Assembly: GCA_963835065.1 (NCBI GenBank)
Contig: CAWIEK010000046.1
Span: 96,001 to 160,000 of the forward strand
Reading direction: 5' to 3'
DNA from: an uncultured Chthonomonadaceae bacterium
GTDB taxonomy: Bacteria > Armatimonadota > Chthonomonadetes > Chthonomonadales > Chthonomonadaceae
DNA: 64,000 bases
Below, in pieces: positions 1 through 10,349 of the stretch (its first letter is position 1; every line of letters starts with the position of its first letter). Made by a program: the position numbers and the translations under genes. Below the pieces are notes generated by a model. That model had not been told where the DNA came from, ran no database searches, and saw only the letters and a list, made by a program, of their open reading frames with translations.

Positions 1-563
1 GTTGGGCGGCGAGGCGAACAGGCGCGTAAACCCGATCCGTTCCACAGGTAAACGCCTTCTGTCGTAACGATTTGCGAGGCGGGAAGGGCTTTCGGCTTTT
101 TCTTGTCTTTGGACGTTTGGGAAGCGGGCAGAATGGTAGGCTTGGCGGTGGGCCGGAATTTGCCCACGACAAGCGCGTCCAGCGCCGTGCCGATAAATTC
201 GCTGGTGGCGTCCGTCGTGAACCGGCTGCCATCCCAATGCGTGACGACCAGCTTGCGCTTGTAGTCTGTGGCTTCGCGCCCGCCCTGCAGGAAGATCAGA
301 TTGTTCCGCTTTTCTTCCGTGACCGGGCCGATTTCGAGGAGTTTCACCGGTTCGCTGAGAACGGCAGTCCAGGCGCGCTGAAAGTTCACATCAAAAGCGT
401 TGAAAGCGCGGTTGCCGGACAGGTTTTGCGGCTGCCGCGACTGCGGCGGCGACAACTGCGCCTGTACGGGAAGGGAACCTGCCGCCGCGACAAGGGCGAA
501 CAAAGCCGTTTTCAGGACTGAAGACAGCGATAGTTTGATTGGAAAGGGTGTTGCGTGTTTCAT
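1..563 (-). CDS. Secreted hypothetical protein, partial (runs off window start)
   Basis: ATG at 563; manual translation MKHATPFPIKLSLSSVLKTALFALVAAAGSLPVQAQ looks like a signal peptide; frame stays open toward position 1. Confidence 0.65.
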   Translation of the reverse strand, partial: MKHATPFPIKLSLSSVLKTALFALVAAAGSLPVQAQLSPPQSRQPQNLSGNRAFNAFDVNFQRAWTAVLSEPVKLLEIGPVTEEKRNNLIFLQGGREATDYKRKLVVTHWDGSRFTTDATSEFIGTALDALVVGKFRPTAKPTILPASQTSKDKKKPKALPASQIVTTEGVYLWNGSGLRACSPRRP

Positions 564-621
564 AATAGTATGTTTTACCTGAATGGAAAGGATTCCTGCT
601 TTTCTATCTCGGGTATGAACG

Positions 622-2340
622 TTATTGAGGCGGCTTACCCTCGGTGAGCGTCCACTGTTTGTCGGCTTGCAGCGGGCCGAACGTGTCTTTTTGGCCGCTC
701 GGCCACGACACTTCCAGTTTGTCTACGGTGGCGGAATTGCCCAGGCCGAAATGCAGGCGGCGGTCGGAATGGGAAAGGTAACTGGAACCGCTGCGCGCCA
801 TATCGGTTTGCGTGACGCCGCCTGCCGTTAAGCGTACTTGCGCGCCATACCCGTCCCGATTGCTGCGGGTTCCGACAAAGGCAAGTGTAATCCAATGTTG
901 CGTGGACGGCGATTCGTTGTGCAGCAGGTGGGGCGGGCCGGCATTGGGAATAAGCAGCAGGTCGAGTTTGCCGTCGTTGTCGAAATCTCCTGTTGCCATG
1001 CCCCTGCCGACAAGCAGTTGCGCCAATCCCGGTCCCGCCTGCGCGGTCACGTCGGCAAACGTGCCGTCATGCCGGTTCGCAAAAAGCTGCGTGGGCTGCA
1101 AAACGTGCTGCGAGGGCAGGCTGCGCTCGGTCATGTCGTCGGTATGCCCGTTGCTGATTACAATGTCTTTCCAGCCGTCATTGTCGAAATCGCCAAACAA
1201 TGCGCCGAACGTGACGTATGGCATGCTTGGCTGCTGTATGCCCGCCTGCCGGGCCACATCGGCAAACAAGCCCCGTTCAATCTCATGGTGCAGTCCCACG
1301 CCCTGATACGAGAAGTTGCCGATGAGAACGCCTGCCGTGCCGTCGTTTTTGTAGTCCGCCGCGTCTATGCCCATGCCGTTGCGCGGCAGTCCGTTTTCGC
1401 CCAGGGCAAGCCCGCTTTCTACCGATATGTCCTTGAACTTGCCCCCTCCCATGTTTTGATACGCCAGGGTCGGCTGGCTGTCGTTGGCGACAATGATATC
1501 CGGCTTGCCGTCGTGGTTGAAATCCGTCACGGTCACGCCCAATGATTTACCCCGGTCATTGTAAAGGCCGGCTTTTTTGGTAACATCGGTGAAATGCCCG
1601 TTCCCGTCATTGTGGTACAGGCGGCACGACTCGCCGGGATACGCTTCGGGAGTGCAGTAGATTTTCACTTCGCCGCCGCAGTAAATGTCGGTCTTGAGCG
1701 TCCACTTGCAGTAGTGGCAGACGAACAAATCCAGTTTGCCGTCGTTGTCGTAATCCAGCCAGGCCGCGCTCGTACTCCATCCATTGCCGCCCACGCCCGA
1801 CTGCGCGGTGACTTCGGTAAAGCGCCTGCCCTTATCGTTGTGGAACAGGCGGTTTCCGTTGACGCTCGTAATCAGCAGGTCGTCCCACCCGTCATTATCG
1901 TAATCGCCCACAGCCACGCCCATGCCTTGCAGCGAGATATTCAATCCCATTTGCGCGGTCACGTCCGTAAACGTGCCGTCATGGTTGTTGTGATACAGAG
2001 CGAGCGTAGGACGCGGGCCGGGAAGCGGATGGCCGGGCCACCAGTCGCCGTTGACAAGCAGAATGTCCAGAAAGCCGTCGTTGTCGTAATCGAAAAACGC
2101 GCCACCGCCGCCCTCCGCTTCAGGAAACAGTTTGCCGCCATACGACCCGATGGAACGCTGCCAGGTGATACCGGCCTTGTCGGTAACGTCCATAAAATGA
2201 AACGCGGACGCGCTTGCGGAATTGGCAGGAGGCGGGGCAACCGCAACAGCCTTTTTGGTTCCGCAGCCGAACAAAAATCCGGCGAACGAAAATAAAAGAA
2301 TGAGCAAAAATGCTTGGTAAACCGGCGACAGCCTTGTCAT
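622..2340 (-). CDS. CRTAC1 / ASPIC-UnbV family FG-GAP repeat lipoprotein
   Basis: Repeated DYDNDGxxD motifs, C-terminal GSSYLSHSDRRLHFGLG...WPSG ASPIC signature, lipobox-like LFGC. Confidence 0.9.
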   Translation of the reverse strand: MTRLSPVYQAFLLILLFSFAGFLFGCGTKKAVAVAPPPANSASASAFHFMDVTDKAGITWQRSIGSYGGKLFPEAEGGGGAFFDYDNDGFLDILLVNGDWWPGHPLPGPRPTLALYHNNHDGTFTDVTAQMGLNISLQGMGVAVGDYDNDGWDDLLITSVNGNRLFHNDKGRRFTEVTAQSGVGGNGWSTSAAWLDYDNDGKLDLFVCHYCKWTLKTDIYCGGEVKIYCTPEAYPGESCRLYHNDGNGHFTDVTKKAGLYNDRGKSLGVTVTDFNHDGKPDIIVANDSQPTLAYQNMGGGKFKDISVESGLALGENGLPRNGMGIDAADYKNDGTAGVLIGNFSYQGVGLHHEIERGLFADVARQAGIQQPSMPYVTFGALFGDFDNDGWKDIVISNGHTDDMTERSLPSQHVLQPTQLFANRHDGTFADVTAQAGPGLAQLLVGRGMATGDFDNDGKLDLLLIPNAGPPHLLHNESPSTQHWITLAFVGTRSNRDGYGAQVRLTAGGVTQTDMARSGSSYLSHSDRRLHFGLGNSATVDKLEVSWPSGQKDTFGPLQADKQWTLTEGKPPQ

Positions 2341-3608
2341 GGCGATTTAGTTTCCGAATTGTGTTCCGGGCGGCCCCATCCCAACCGGGCGTACAGCCGC
2401 GTCAACTCCGCTTGTATAACCGGGTCTTTGGGCGCGAGTCCGGCTGCCGTCTGGTATTCCGGCACGGCGCGGGCATAATCGCCGCGCGAAACCAGGTAAC
2501 GCGCAAGCGCGGCATGGGCTGCCGAACTTTCCGGCGCGTGCGTGACATCTTCCGAAAGCCGGGTCACATGGCGCTGCTGTTCTTCCAACTGCTTGTACAG
2601 CGCAAGCTGTTGGCGGCTCAAGTCCGGCTTGCCGAGCAGGGCGTATACCTGTCCCAAACCGTAGCGCCCGTCCATGCTGGTGGGATCTAAAATAAGCAGG
2701 GTGTCATACGCCTGCGCCGCCAGGCGATTGAGATGCTGCTGACGATAAATTACGGCCACAGCGCGGTAAATGTCCCTGTCTTTCGGGTTTGTTTCGACCG
2801 CTTTTTCCAGCAGGGCGCGGGCGCGGTTTACATCCGCGTGGGCATTGGTGACATTCATCAGCGCCACTCCCAACAGACGATTCGCCAGGCCGTTGTTGGG
2901 GTCTTTTTGAAGCAAGGCTTCCAGCGTTTGACAGCCTGCCTCCACTTTGCTGCTTTCCACCTGCGCGGAAGCCAATTGCAGGCGGGCGGAAACATCTTCG
3001 GGCGAAACCTGAAGGGCGCGCAGCGCCGTCGCTTCGGCTTTGGGATAGTCTTTCCAGTCCTGATAGCGGTGCGCGAACGTGGTCAGGGCGAGACTGGTTT
3101 GCGCCCCTTCCTGAACCCCGCGCGCCAGCCATGCGAACGCTTCGGGTCTGTGGTTGGCCGCGAATTCCGTATCCGCCATGCCCAAATAAGCGTCCGAATC
3201 CCGATGGTCTTCCTTCAGCAAGGAAAGGTAAATGCGGCGCGCTTCCGCAAAACGCGCCTGTCGGCGCAGGCTTTCCCCCAATCCCAGGCGCGCGGCGCGA
3301 TTGTGGGGCGCTTGCCGCAAAATAGCGCGGGACAGGCTTTCCGCCCGCCACAAATCACCCACATCAAGCGCAAGTTCCGCCATCTGCTGCTGTATCGGAA
3401 GCGCAGCGGCGACAGGCAGGGCGTCGAGTGGCGCATGGGAAGCGCGCAGAGCGGCGGAATTGTCCGGCGGTAGCGGAGGCGGCGACAGGGGCAGTTCCGC
3501 CGCCCCATCATCCATCGCCAGAGGGGGAGAAGCGGGCGGATGAACAGGCGCGCGTCCCTGCCACGCAATCCGAACGCCAAGCGCGGCCAGCACAAGCAGG
3601 CCGAGCAA
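2337..3608 (-). CDS. Tetratricopeptide repeat protein
   Basis: TPR-like helical repeats; 4-bp overlap with the ASPIC gene; start uncertain. Confidence 0.8.
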   Translation of the reverse strand: MLGLLVLAALGVRIAWQGRAPVHPPASPPLAMDDGAAELPLSPPPLPPDNSAALRASHAPLDALPVAAALPIQQQMAELALDVGDLWRAESLSRAILRQAPHNRAARLGLGESLRRQARFAEARRIYLSLLKEDHRDSDAYLGMADTEFAANHRPEAFAWLARGVQEGAQTSLALTTFAHRYQDWKDYPKAEATALRALQVSPEDVSARLQLASAQVESSKVEAGCQTLEALLQKDPNNGLANRLLGVALMNVTNAHADVNRARALLEKAVETNPKDRDIYRAVAVIYRQQHLNRLAAQAYDTLLILDPTSMDGRYGLGQVYALLGKPDLSRQQLALYKQLEEQQRHVTRLSEDVTHAPESSAAHAALARYLVSRGDYARAVPEYQTAAGLAPKDPVIQAELTRLYARLGWGRPEHNSETKSP

Positions 3609-3766
3609 AGCAAAGCGGATTTTATCCCTGTTGGCGGGAACTTCGGGGGGGTTGCTGCGCTGCGATTTTAAGGGTTGTATTTTGCCGCCTCACGCTTCCC
3701 GCCAAAACGGGAGAAAAATCACCAGAGTCCATCGGTCTTCACTTTATTATACAACAGATTAGACGG

Positions 3767-3802
3767 AACAATGGCCTCGACAAAATCGCCGAGGCCATTG
3801 TT
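3767..3802. terminator. Hairpin, probable terminator downstream of DUF1559 gene
   Basis: aacaatggcctcg ... cgaggccattgtt 13-bp inverted repeat. Confidence 0.55.
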
Positions 3803-3939
3803 TACAATGCGCTGTCAACCAGCCGCTATCAACTGAGAGCCTAAACCATCAGGTTCCCCTTCCCCATGTTCCGCATTTCCGCTTCGCTTTTGAAATGCGT
3901 TTTGTGGAGAAGGGGTCAGGGATTAGGGCCAACTACGCT

Positions 3940-4716
3940 TTAGTAGAAGTAACCGCCACAGGTGTTGTCCTTGACTATATAGGAGACGGGCTGATCGGCC
4001 AAGACCTTACCGTCCTGCGGTTGAACGCAGCTGGGACTGATCATGTTGGCGAGCTGTCCCCACTTCACCTGCTCCCATCCTATCGTTTTCACATGCCCGT
4101 CTTCAAACAGGAAGTCGTTCTTGCCGGCATGCCATTCGGTCTGCTTGAAGCTCTTGTTAAGATGCCATTGCCAGTCGCGGGTGCGCCAGCCACAGCCACT
4201 TTCGTAACGGCAGTCCCACCACGCGGTTGTGCTGTCGCCCATAATGAGGGAGTTGGCTACGTCCGAAAAGGCGGCTTCCTTCACGCCATAGTCGGATACG
4301 TAGTTGAAGGCATAGCTGAACGCTTCCTTGCCGTTGGTGGTGTCCGTGCCGCCGTTGCTGTACGGATCGTTGAATCCGTTGGAGTTGAGGGACGGGCAGA
4401 TGTAGATCTGCTGGTTCTTGGTGTAGGGCATCAGGGCGTTGGAAACCCAGCCATCGTAGCCGAAATCCCGGCCCGCGCTGCCCAGTTTACCGGCGACGCA
4501 ACACGCCACCGGAGCCGCAGCCGGCCATTTCTCATCGTAATCCTGAACGTACATCTTGAAGGCGATGCCGATCTGCTTGAGGTTGCTTTGGCAACTGGCC
4601 TGGCGGGCTTTTTCGCGCGCCTGCGCGAACACGGGGAACAGAATGGCCGCGAGAATCGCGATAATCGCGATCACGACGAGCAATTCGATCAGAGTAAAAC
4701 CAATTCTACGCTGCAT
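3940..4716 (-). CDS. Prepilin-type N-terminal methylation / DUF1559 protein with H-X9-DG motif
   Basis: [34 protein letters not shown]-terminal [15 protein letters not shown]. Confidence 0.92.
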   Translation of the reverse strand: MQRRIGFTLIELLVVIAIIAILAAILFPVFAQAREKARQASCQSNLKQIGIAFKMYVQDYDEKWPAAAPVACCVAGKLGSAGRDFGYDGWVSNALMPYTKNQQIYICPSLNSNGFNDPYSNGGTDTTNGKEAFSYAFNYVSDYGVKEAAFSDVANSLIMGDSTTAWWDCRYESGCGWRTRDWQWHLNKSFKQTEWHAGKNDFLFEDGHVKTIGWEQVKWGQLANMISPSCVQPQDGKVLADQPVSYIVKDNTCGGYFY

Positions 4717-5193
4717 TGACTTCTCCTGTCAGAGGGTACAAGAATGGCAGCCCGCGTGTAAGGGTGCGGCACGGGTGCGCTGCCGGTTGGAAGGAAAAAG
4801 GGCTGGTAGTATGTAGATTATGACGCTCCCATAAAGATTTATGTTCGCTTATCTACCATAGTACGATTGCCTACCTCGTTGATATTCGGCGGGTAATGTG
4901 TTTTCTCCTCCTTCATTTAAGAAAAAATTTCGTTGTAAGGCAAATATTTGGAAATTTTATTGCACAGCCATGCGAAACAGTGGTTCAGCATTAAACTGCG
5001 CCCTGCTTTTTCGGCACATTCAAAATCATCTTGAAACAAAACTACGCGGCGGTCAGAGAAAAGTTCTTCTAAAAAGACAAAGGAAATGCCGGTTTTTACG
5101 GTGAATGTTCCTTTTGAGAAATGTTCCTCTTCAAGAGGGATGTTCCAGCAAATGAGAAAGAGCTAATTCAGAAAAAGCATAGGAACGTTCATT

Positions 5194-6717
5194 ATGTCAG
5201 ATACGCTTGCCGCCTCGGATACCATGACTGCGCTGAAAACGCGCCTTGCGCAGCTTGCCCGCATCGAGCAGTGCGCGGGACTGCTTGGCTGGGACCAGCA
5301 GACCTACATGCCGCCCGGAGCAGGGCAGGCGCGCGCCGAACAGATGGCCGCGCTCAGTCAACTGCTGCACCAGATGCACACCAGTGACGAGATGGGGAAT
5401 CTGCTTGCCAGAGCCGAAGTGGAAACGCAGGGACAGGATGGCGACAGCGACGACGTTCGCATGTTGGCCCGCCTGCGCCGCAATTATGACCGCGCCACCA
5501 AACTGCCCGAAGCCCTCGTGATTGAACTCGCGCGGCAATCGTCGCTTGGGCAGGAAGTGTGGATACGCGCCCGGCAAATGGCGGACTACGACCAGTTCGC
5601 GCCCAGTCTGGAAACCATGCTGAATCTGGTTCGGCAGGCGACGGAGTATCTGGGTTACGACGCGCACCCCTACGACGCCCTGATTGACCAGTACGAGGCC
5701 GGAACCACGCAGGCCGATGTTGCCGTGATGTTCGCCGACATGAAACCGCATCTTGTGGAACTGATACAGGCGATTGCGCAAAGCAAAGCGCCTGTAGACA
5801 ACAGCCTGCTGCACGGCGATTTCCCCGTTGACGCGCAGCGCAAACTGACGCTCGACATTGTGAAAGCCATCGGGTTTGACATGACGCGGGGGCGGCAGGA
5901 TGTTGCCCCGCACCCGTTTTGCTCCAACTTCGGGCGCGACGACGTGCGTATCACCACGCGCTTCGATCCGCGCTATCTGAGCATGTCCATTTATGCGTCC
6001 ATGCACGAGGCGGGACACGCGATGTACGAGCAGGGTTCTCCGCTTGCGTTCGAGGGGTCGCCGCTTGCCGGTGGAACCAGTTTGGGCGTCCACGAAAGCC
6101 AATCCCGGCTGTGGGAAAACATGGTCGGGCGCAGCCGCGCGTTCACCACGTTCCTGTTCCCGCAGTTGCAGCAGGCGTTCCCGAACGCTTTTGCCCACGC
6201 CGACGCCGATGCGTATTATCGCGCTATTAATAAGGTAACGCCGTCCCTGATTCGCGTGGAAGCGGACGAGGCCACGTACAACCTCCACACCCTGCTGCGC
6301 TTTGAACTGGAGTGCGCCCTGCTGGAAGGCTCGCTGGATGTGGGCGACGTGCCGGACGCCTGGGACGCCAAAATGGAAGAGTATTTAGGCATCACGCCCC
6401 CTTCGGACGCGGACGGCTGCCTGCAGGACGTGCATTGGTCCGCCGGCCTGATCGGTTACTTCCCAACCTATTCCATCGGCAACCTGCTGTCGGCGCAATT
6501 GTGGCATACCATCGGGCAGGCGATCCCCGAACGCGACGCGCAAATGGCCGAAGGCGAGTTTGAACCCATTCTGGATTGGCTGCGCGTTAATGTTCACGAT
6601 CACGGCAGCAAATACCTGCCCCGCGAACTGGTCGTCAAAGCCACCGGCGAACCGCTCACCTCCCGCTACTATGTGGACTACCTGAACACGAAATACCGCG
6701 CAATTTACCAACTGTGA
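5194..6717 (+). CDS. Carboxypeptidase Taq (M32 family)
   Basis: HEAGH zinc motif, HESQSRLWEN, IRVEADE, QDVHW, GYFPTY. Confidence 0.95.
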   Translation: MSDTLAASDTMTALKTRLAQLARIEQCAGLLGWDQQTYMPPGAGQARAEQMAALSQLLHQMHTSDEMGNLLARAEVETQGQDGDSDDVRMLARLRRNYDRATKLPEALVIELARQSSLGQEVWIRARQMADYDQFAPSLETMLNLVRQATEYLGYDAHPYDALIDQYEAGTTQADVAVMFADMKPHLVELIQAIAQSKAPVDNSLLHGDFPVDAQRKLTLDIVKAIGFDMTRGRQDVAPHPFCSNFGRDDVRITTRFDPRYLSMSIYASMHEAGHAMYEQGSPLAFEGSPLAGGTSLGVHESQSRLWENMVGRSRAFTTFLFPQLQQAFPNAFAHADADAYYRAINKVTPSLIRVEADEATYNLHTLLRFELECALLEGSLDVGDVPDAWDAKMEEYLGITPPSDADGCLQDVHWSAGLIGYFPTYSIGNLLSAQLWHTIGQAIPERDAQMAEGEFEPILDWLRVNVHDHGSKYLPRELVVKATGEPLTSRYYVDYLNTKYRAIYQL

Positions 6718-6728
6718 AGGCATATTAA

Positions 6729-7997
6729 ATGTTCAAGTTGCTAAGAAAAATGAGTTTGTGTCTGCTGTTGGTTGTACTGCTGACTTCCGGCACACAAGCA
6801 AAATGGGCAATGGTCGGTACGGACGTTCCGGTTGCCCGCCTGATCGCCAATGTCACGCCGTATGTCAAAGAGCATCCCAACGACGCACAAGGGTATTACG
6901 TGCTGGGACGCATCCATAGCCTTGCCTTTGTGCAAACAGACGCCAATGTGCGCGTTGTCACCAAAGCCGAACGCGCGGCAAGGACAGTTCCCGCCACTCC
7001 GCCGTCCAACGATCCTGCCAATGCGCTGCCCGAATTTCCGCATCAAAGCGTTCTGGTGGGGCAGTACCAGAAAAAAGTGGCGGCGCTCAAGGCCGAAGAG
7101 CGAACGCATTTGCTGGAGTCCATACGTAACTACCAGAAAGCCACGCAGCTTGCGCCCAAAGAGGGGTTGTACTGGCTCGGTTTGGGCTGGATGCTGGAAC
7201 AGGCGACGAACGCGCAGGCAAATAACGGCCCCGCACCCGAAGAAATCACGGCCAATGCTCCCGCATGGCGCTTACAGGCACTTGCCGCGTATCGTCATGC
7301 CTACCAGTTAAACATAAAGGGAGACTTGAAAAAGCCGTACTTTGGCGTCGGCGAGGATACCAACATCAGTCAGGAAGCGGCGGAAGGCAGTTTGCGTCTG
7401 TACAAAGAGCAGTCCTTAACCCCCGAACAAAAGCGGGAACAGCAGGAATTAACCGCCAATGTGCAGAAACTCAGCCACATCGGACACGCGATTACGCCCA
7501 TTATTTTCCCGATGAATGGCGCGGCTTCCCTGTCCCAACTGGTGAATACGCGCCGAACGGTTCGCTTCGATCTGGCCGGGGATGGCAAAAGCCGCGCCTG
7601 GCCCTGGGTCACGCCCGACACCGGATTTCTTGTCTGGGACCCCGCGCATACAGGTCATATAACATCCGGGCGGCAGTTGTTCGGCTCCGCGACGTGGTGG
7701 ATGTTCTGGCGAAACGGCTATCAGGCGCTGCAAGCGTTGGACAACAACCATGACGGTTGGCTGACAGGCCGCGAACTGGAGGGCATTGCCGTATGGCGCG
7801 ACGCCAACAGCAACGGCGTCTGCGACAAAGGCGAAGTGACGCCCCTTGCGCAATTGGGAATCACTTCCATTGCCACGCAAAGCGCGGGAACCGAACAGGG
7901 AATGCCCGCCAATCCCAACGGCCTGCGCCGAACAAATGGAACCTTCCTGCCTACCTACGACTGGACACCGACCTCACTTTCCAACACGCCGAAATAA
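6729..7997 (+). CDS. Secreted TPR protein with C-terminal FrpC self-processing-module-like Ca-binding domain
   Basis: Signal peptide; TPR-like N half; TPIIF...FDLAGDG...LFG...GYQALQALDNNHDG...VWRDANSNG...LGITSI. Confidence 0.7.
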   Translation: MFKLLRKMSLCLLLVVLLTSGTQAKWAMVGTDVPVARLIANVTPYVKEHPNDAQGYYVLGRIHSLAFVQTDANVRVVTKAERAARTVPATPPSNDPANALPEFPHQSVLVGQYQKKVAALKAEERTHLLESIRNYQKATQLAPKEGLYWLGLGWMLEQATNAQANNGPAPEEITANAPAWRLQALAAYRHAYQLNIKGDLKKPYFGVGEDTNISQEAAEGSLRLYKEQSLTPEQKREQQELTANVQKLSHIGHAITPIIFPMNGAASLSQLVNTRRTVRFDLAGDGKSRAWPWVTPDTGFLVWDPAHTGHITSGRQLFGSATWWMFWRNGYQALQALDNNHDGWLTGRELEGIAVWRDANSNGVCDKGEVTPLAQLGITSIATQSAGTEQGMPANPNGLRRTNGTFLPTYDWTPTSLSNTPK

Positions 7998-8006
7998 TGA
8001 AACACC

Positions 8007-10328
8007 ATGCCGGATTTTGAACGCAGCCTGCAAGATATAAAAGAAGAAGTCCGCGCCCGCACCGACATTGTAGAGATTGTCGGGCAGTATACCACGCTTA
8101 AAAAAACGGGCAAGAACTTCTCCGGCTTGTGTCCCTTCCACAACGACAAAAAGCCGTCCTTCAGCGTCAGCCCGCAGTTTCAAAGTTATAACTGCTGGTC
8201 GTGCGGGGAAAAGGGCGACATTTTTTCGATTATCCAGAAGAAAGAGAATCTGGAATTCGTGGAAGCGTTGGAATATCTGGCGAAGCGGGCGGGAATCCCG
8301 TTCGAGCGCAAGGCCGGCGATCCGCAAAAGGCGAGTGAGCGCGAACAGGCTTTGGAACTGAACCGGCTGGCGATGGGGTTCTTCAAGGACTGCCTGACGC
8401 GCAGCGCGGAAGGCAAAGAATACCTGGTCAAGCGCGCCCTGCTCAAATCCACGCAGGAGCAGTGGGAAATTGGCTTCGCGCCGCAGGATTGGGATGCCTT
8501 TGTATACCATTTGCAGCGACATAAAGCCGATTTGGAACTCGCTGTCCGCATCGGGTTAATCCGGCAGGGGGACGATGGCAAGTATCGGGACTTTTACCGT
8601 AATCGCTTGATGTTTCCCATCTACGACGGGCAAGGGCGCTTGATTGCGTTCGGCGGGCGGGCAATGGACGACCACCCGGCAAAATATATGAATTCGCCCG
8701 AATCGTTTATATTTCACAAAAGCGAGACGCTGTATGGCCTGTACTTCGCCAAAAAGAAAATCGGCGGCGATACCCCGCCCGTGTTTGTCGAAGGCTACAT
8801 GGACGTAGTTACCACGCATCAGGCGGGATTTACGCAATGCGTGGCAACCCTGGGCACGGCCATGACGCAGGAACATGCGCAGATGTTGAAGCGATACAAT
8901 CCGCGCGTTATTTTGTGTTATGATGCAGACCGCGCGGGTGTAGGCGCGGCTTTGAAAGGCGCGCAAATTTGGGAGGAAATGGGTCTGGAAAAGGCGGAAG
9001 TGCGCGTTGCCCGCCTGCCCAACGGCGACGATCCCGACTCCATCCTGCGCGACCGTCCGAACGGCGCGGCCCTGTTTCAAGCCGCGCTGGACAACGCCAT
9101 CCCTCGCGTGGATTTCCAGATCGAACTCGCCATCCGCCGCCACAACCTGCAAACCGATCAGGGACGCGCCGACGCCCTCGCGGAACTGATTCCCATTCTG
9201 GCGACCGTGCAGCAATCCACGCGCCGGGATATGTACGCGCAGAAATTCGCCTTTCTCAGCCCGCTCCACAATTATGATTTAGGCCGTGCCATTAATTCGA
9301 TTTTGGCGGACGCGGAAATGTACGCCCGCCAAACAAACAACGCCCGCTCGCCCCGCGATCAGGGTTTCCCGCTCACGGAACAGGCCAACCAGCAGCCCTT
9401 GCAGGATACGCCCCCGCCCGCGTTTCGCGGTCCCGACCCGCGACAGGGGGGAAACCTGCCGCCCGGACAATGGCCGAACACGCGCAACACCGTCCGCAAG
9501 GGCGAGTATCCGGGACAAAACGGCAATGGATACGGCAACAACGGCTACGGCGGCAACAGTTATAATGGCGGTAACGGCGGCTATGGGAGAAATAGTGGCG
9601 AACGGAGTGGGTACGGCAGAAGTGGCTACAACGGAAACGGCTACGGCGGGCGCGGCAGAAACCGCAACGGGCCTGTTGGCGACCCAACGCCGCCGTCTAC
9701 GGACACGCCAATTCTCTCCGGCGTGGAAAAAGCGGAGCGGCAACTGCTGCGCGCGGTCTTCAGCCCCGATTGGCGCGTGTTCGTGCTGAGTAACGTCCGC
9801 GCCGAATGGCTCGTCACGCCTTATGGCCGCCGCCTGTTTGAAATCGCTGCCCGCACCCCCTCCAACATGGAAGGCGGCATTGACCCCCTCCCCATTCTCC
9901 ACCGCGCGCAGAATGAAGAGGAAGAAGAGGAGAGACAGGTAACAGGGAACAGGGAACAGGGAACAGCGGGAAATGCTGAACACGGAATGATGAATGATGA
10001 ATACAATGCCGAATCCAATTCATCACTCAGCACTCATCACTCATCACTTTCTAACTCCCCTCGCACAGCAAAGTTTTCTGATTTTATTCGGGAGGTATTG
10101 GAGGATTCGCCGTTCCTGGCGTCGAATGAGCGTCTTAATGAGGCGATCATAACCAACTGCATCGGGCGGCTGAGGAAGCACCGGGCGGAATTGGAACTGC
10201 GGGCGGAAAGCGCGGCCTTACAGCAGTTGGAACATCTCACGCCGGAACAGCAGCGCGCCGCGATTGCGCAGCATCAGGAAAAGATGCGCGAATTGCGCGG
10301 CTCGCCCCCCAAAGACGAGGCCGCATAG
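8007..10328 (+). CDS. dnaG: DNA primase with long low-complexity and repeat-derived insertions
   Basis: CPFH..CWSC zinc finger, RLMFPI, FGGR, EGYMDV, YDAD TOPRIM; lies upstream of rpoD. Confidence 0.95.
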   Translation: MPDFERSLQDIKEEVRARTDIVEIVGQYTTLKKTGKNFSGLCPFHNDKKPSFSVSPQFQSYNCWSCGEKGDIFSIIQKKENLEFVEALEYLAKRAGIPFERKAGDPQKASEREQALELNRLAMGFFKDCLTRSAEGKEYLVKRALLKSTQEQWEIGFAPQDWDAFVYHLQRHKADLELAVRIGLIRQGDDGKYRDFYRNRLMFPIYDGQGRLIAFGGRAMDDHPAKYMNSPESFIFHKSETLYGLYFAKKKIGGDTPPVFVEGYMDVVTTHQAGFTQCVATLGTAMTQEHAQMLKRYNPRVILCYDADRAGVGAALKGAQIWEEMGLEKAEVRVARLPNGDDPDSILRDRPNGAALFQAALDNAIPRVDFQIELAIRRHNLQTDQGRADALAELIPILATVQQSTRRDMYAQKFAFLSPLHNYDLGRAINSILADAEMYARQTNNARSPRDQGFPLTEQANQQPLQDTPPPAFRGPDPRQGGNLPPGQWPNTRNTVRKGEYPGQNGNGYGNNGYGGNSYNGGNGGYGRNSGERSGYGRSGYNGNGYGGRGRNRNGPVGDPTPPSTDTPILSGVEKAERQLLRAVFSPDWRVFVLSNVRAEWLVTPYGRRLFEIAARTPSNMEGGIDPLPILHRAQNEEEEEERQVTGNREQGTAGNAEHGMMNDEYNAESNSSLSTHHSSLSNSPRTAKFSDFIREVLEDSPFLASNERLNEAIITNCIGRLRKHRAELELRAESAALQQLEHLTPEQQRAAIAQHQEKMRELRGSPPKDEAA
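9938..10050 (+). repeat. Heptamer tandem repeats (GGGAACA; ATGAATG/CACTCAT) in-frame inside dnaG
   Basis: ggtaacagggaacagggaacagggaacag ... atgatgaatgatgaa ... tcatcactcagcactcatcactcatcac. Confidence 0.8.
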
Positions 10329-10349
10329 CACGAACCAAGCGCTCAATCA

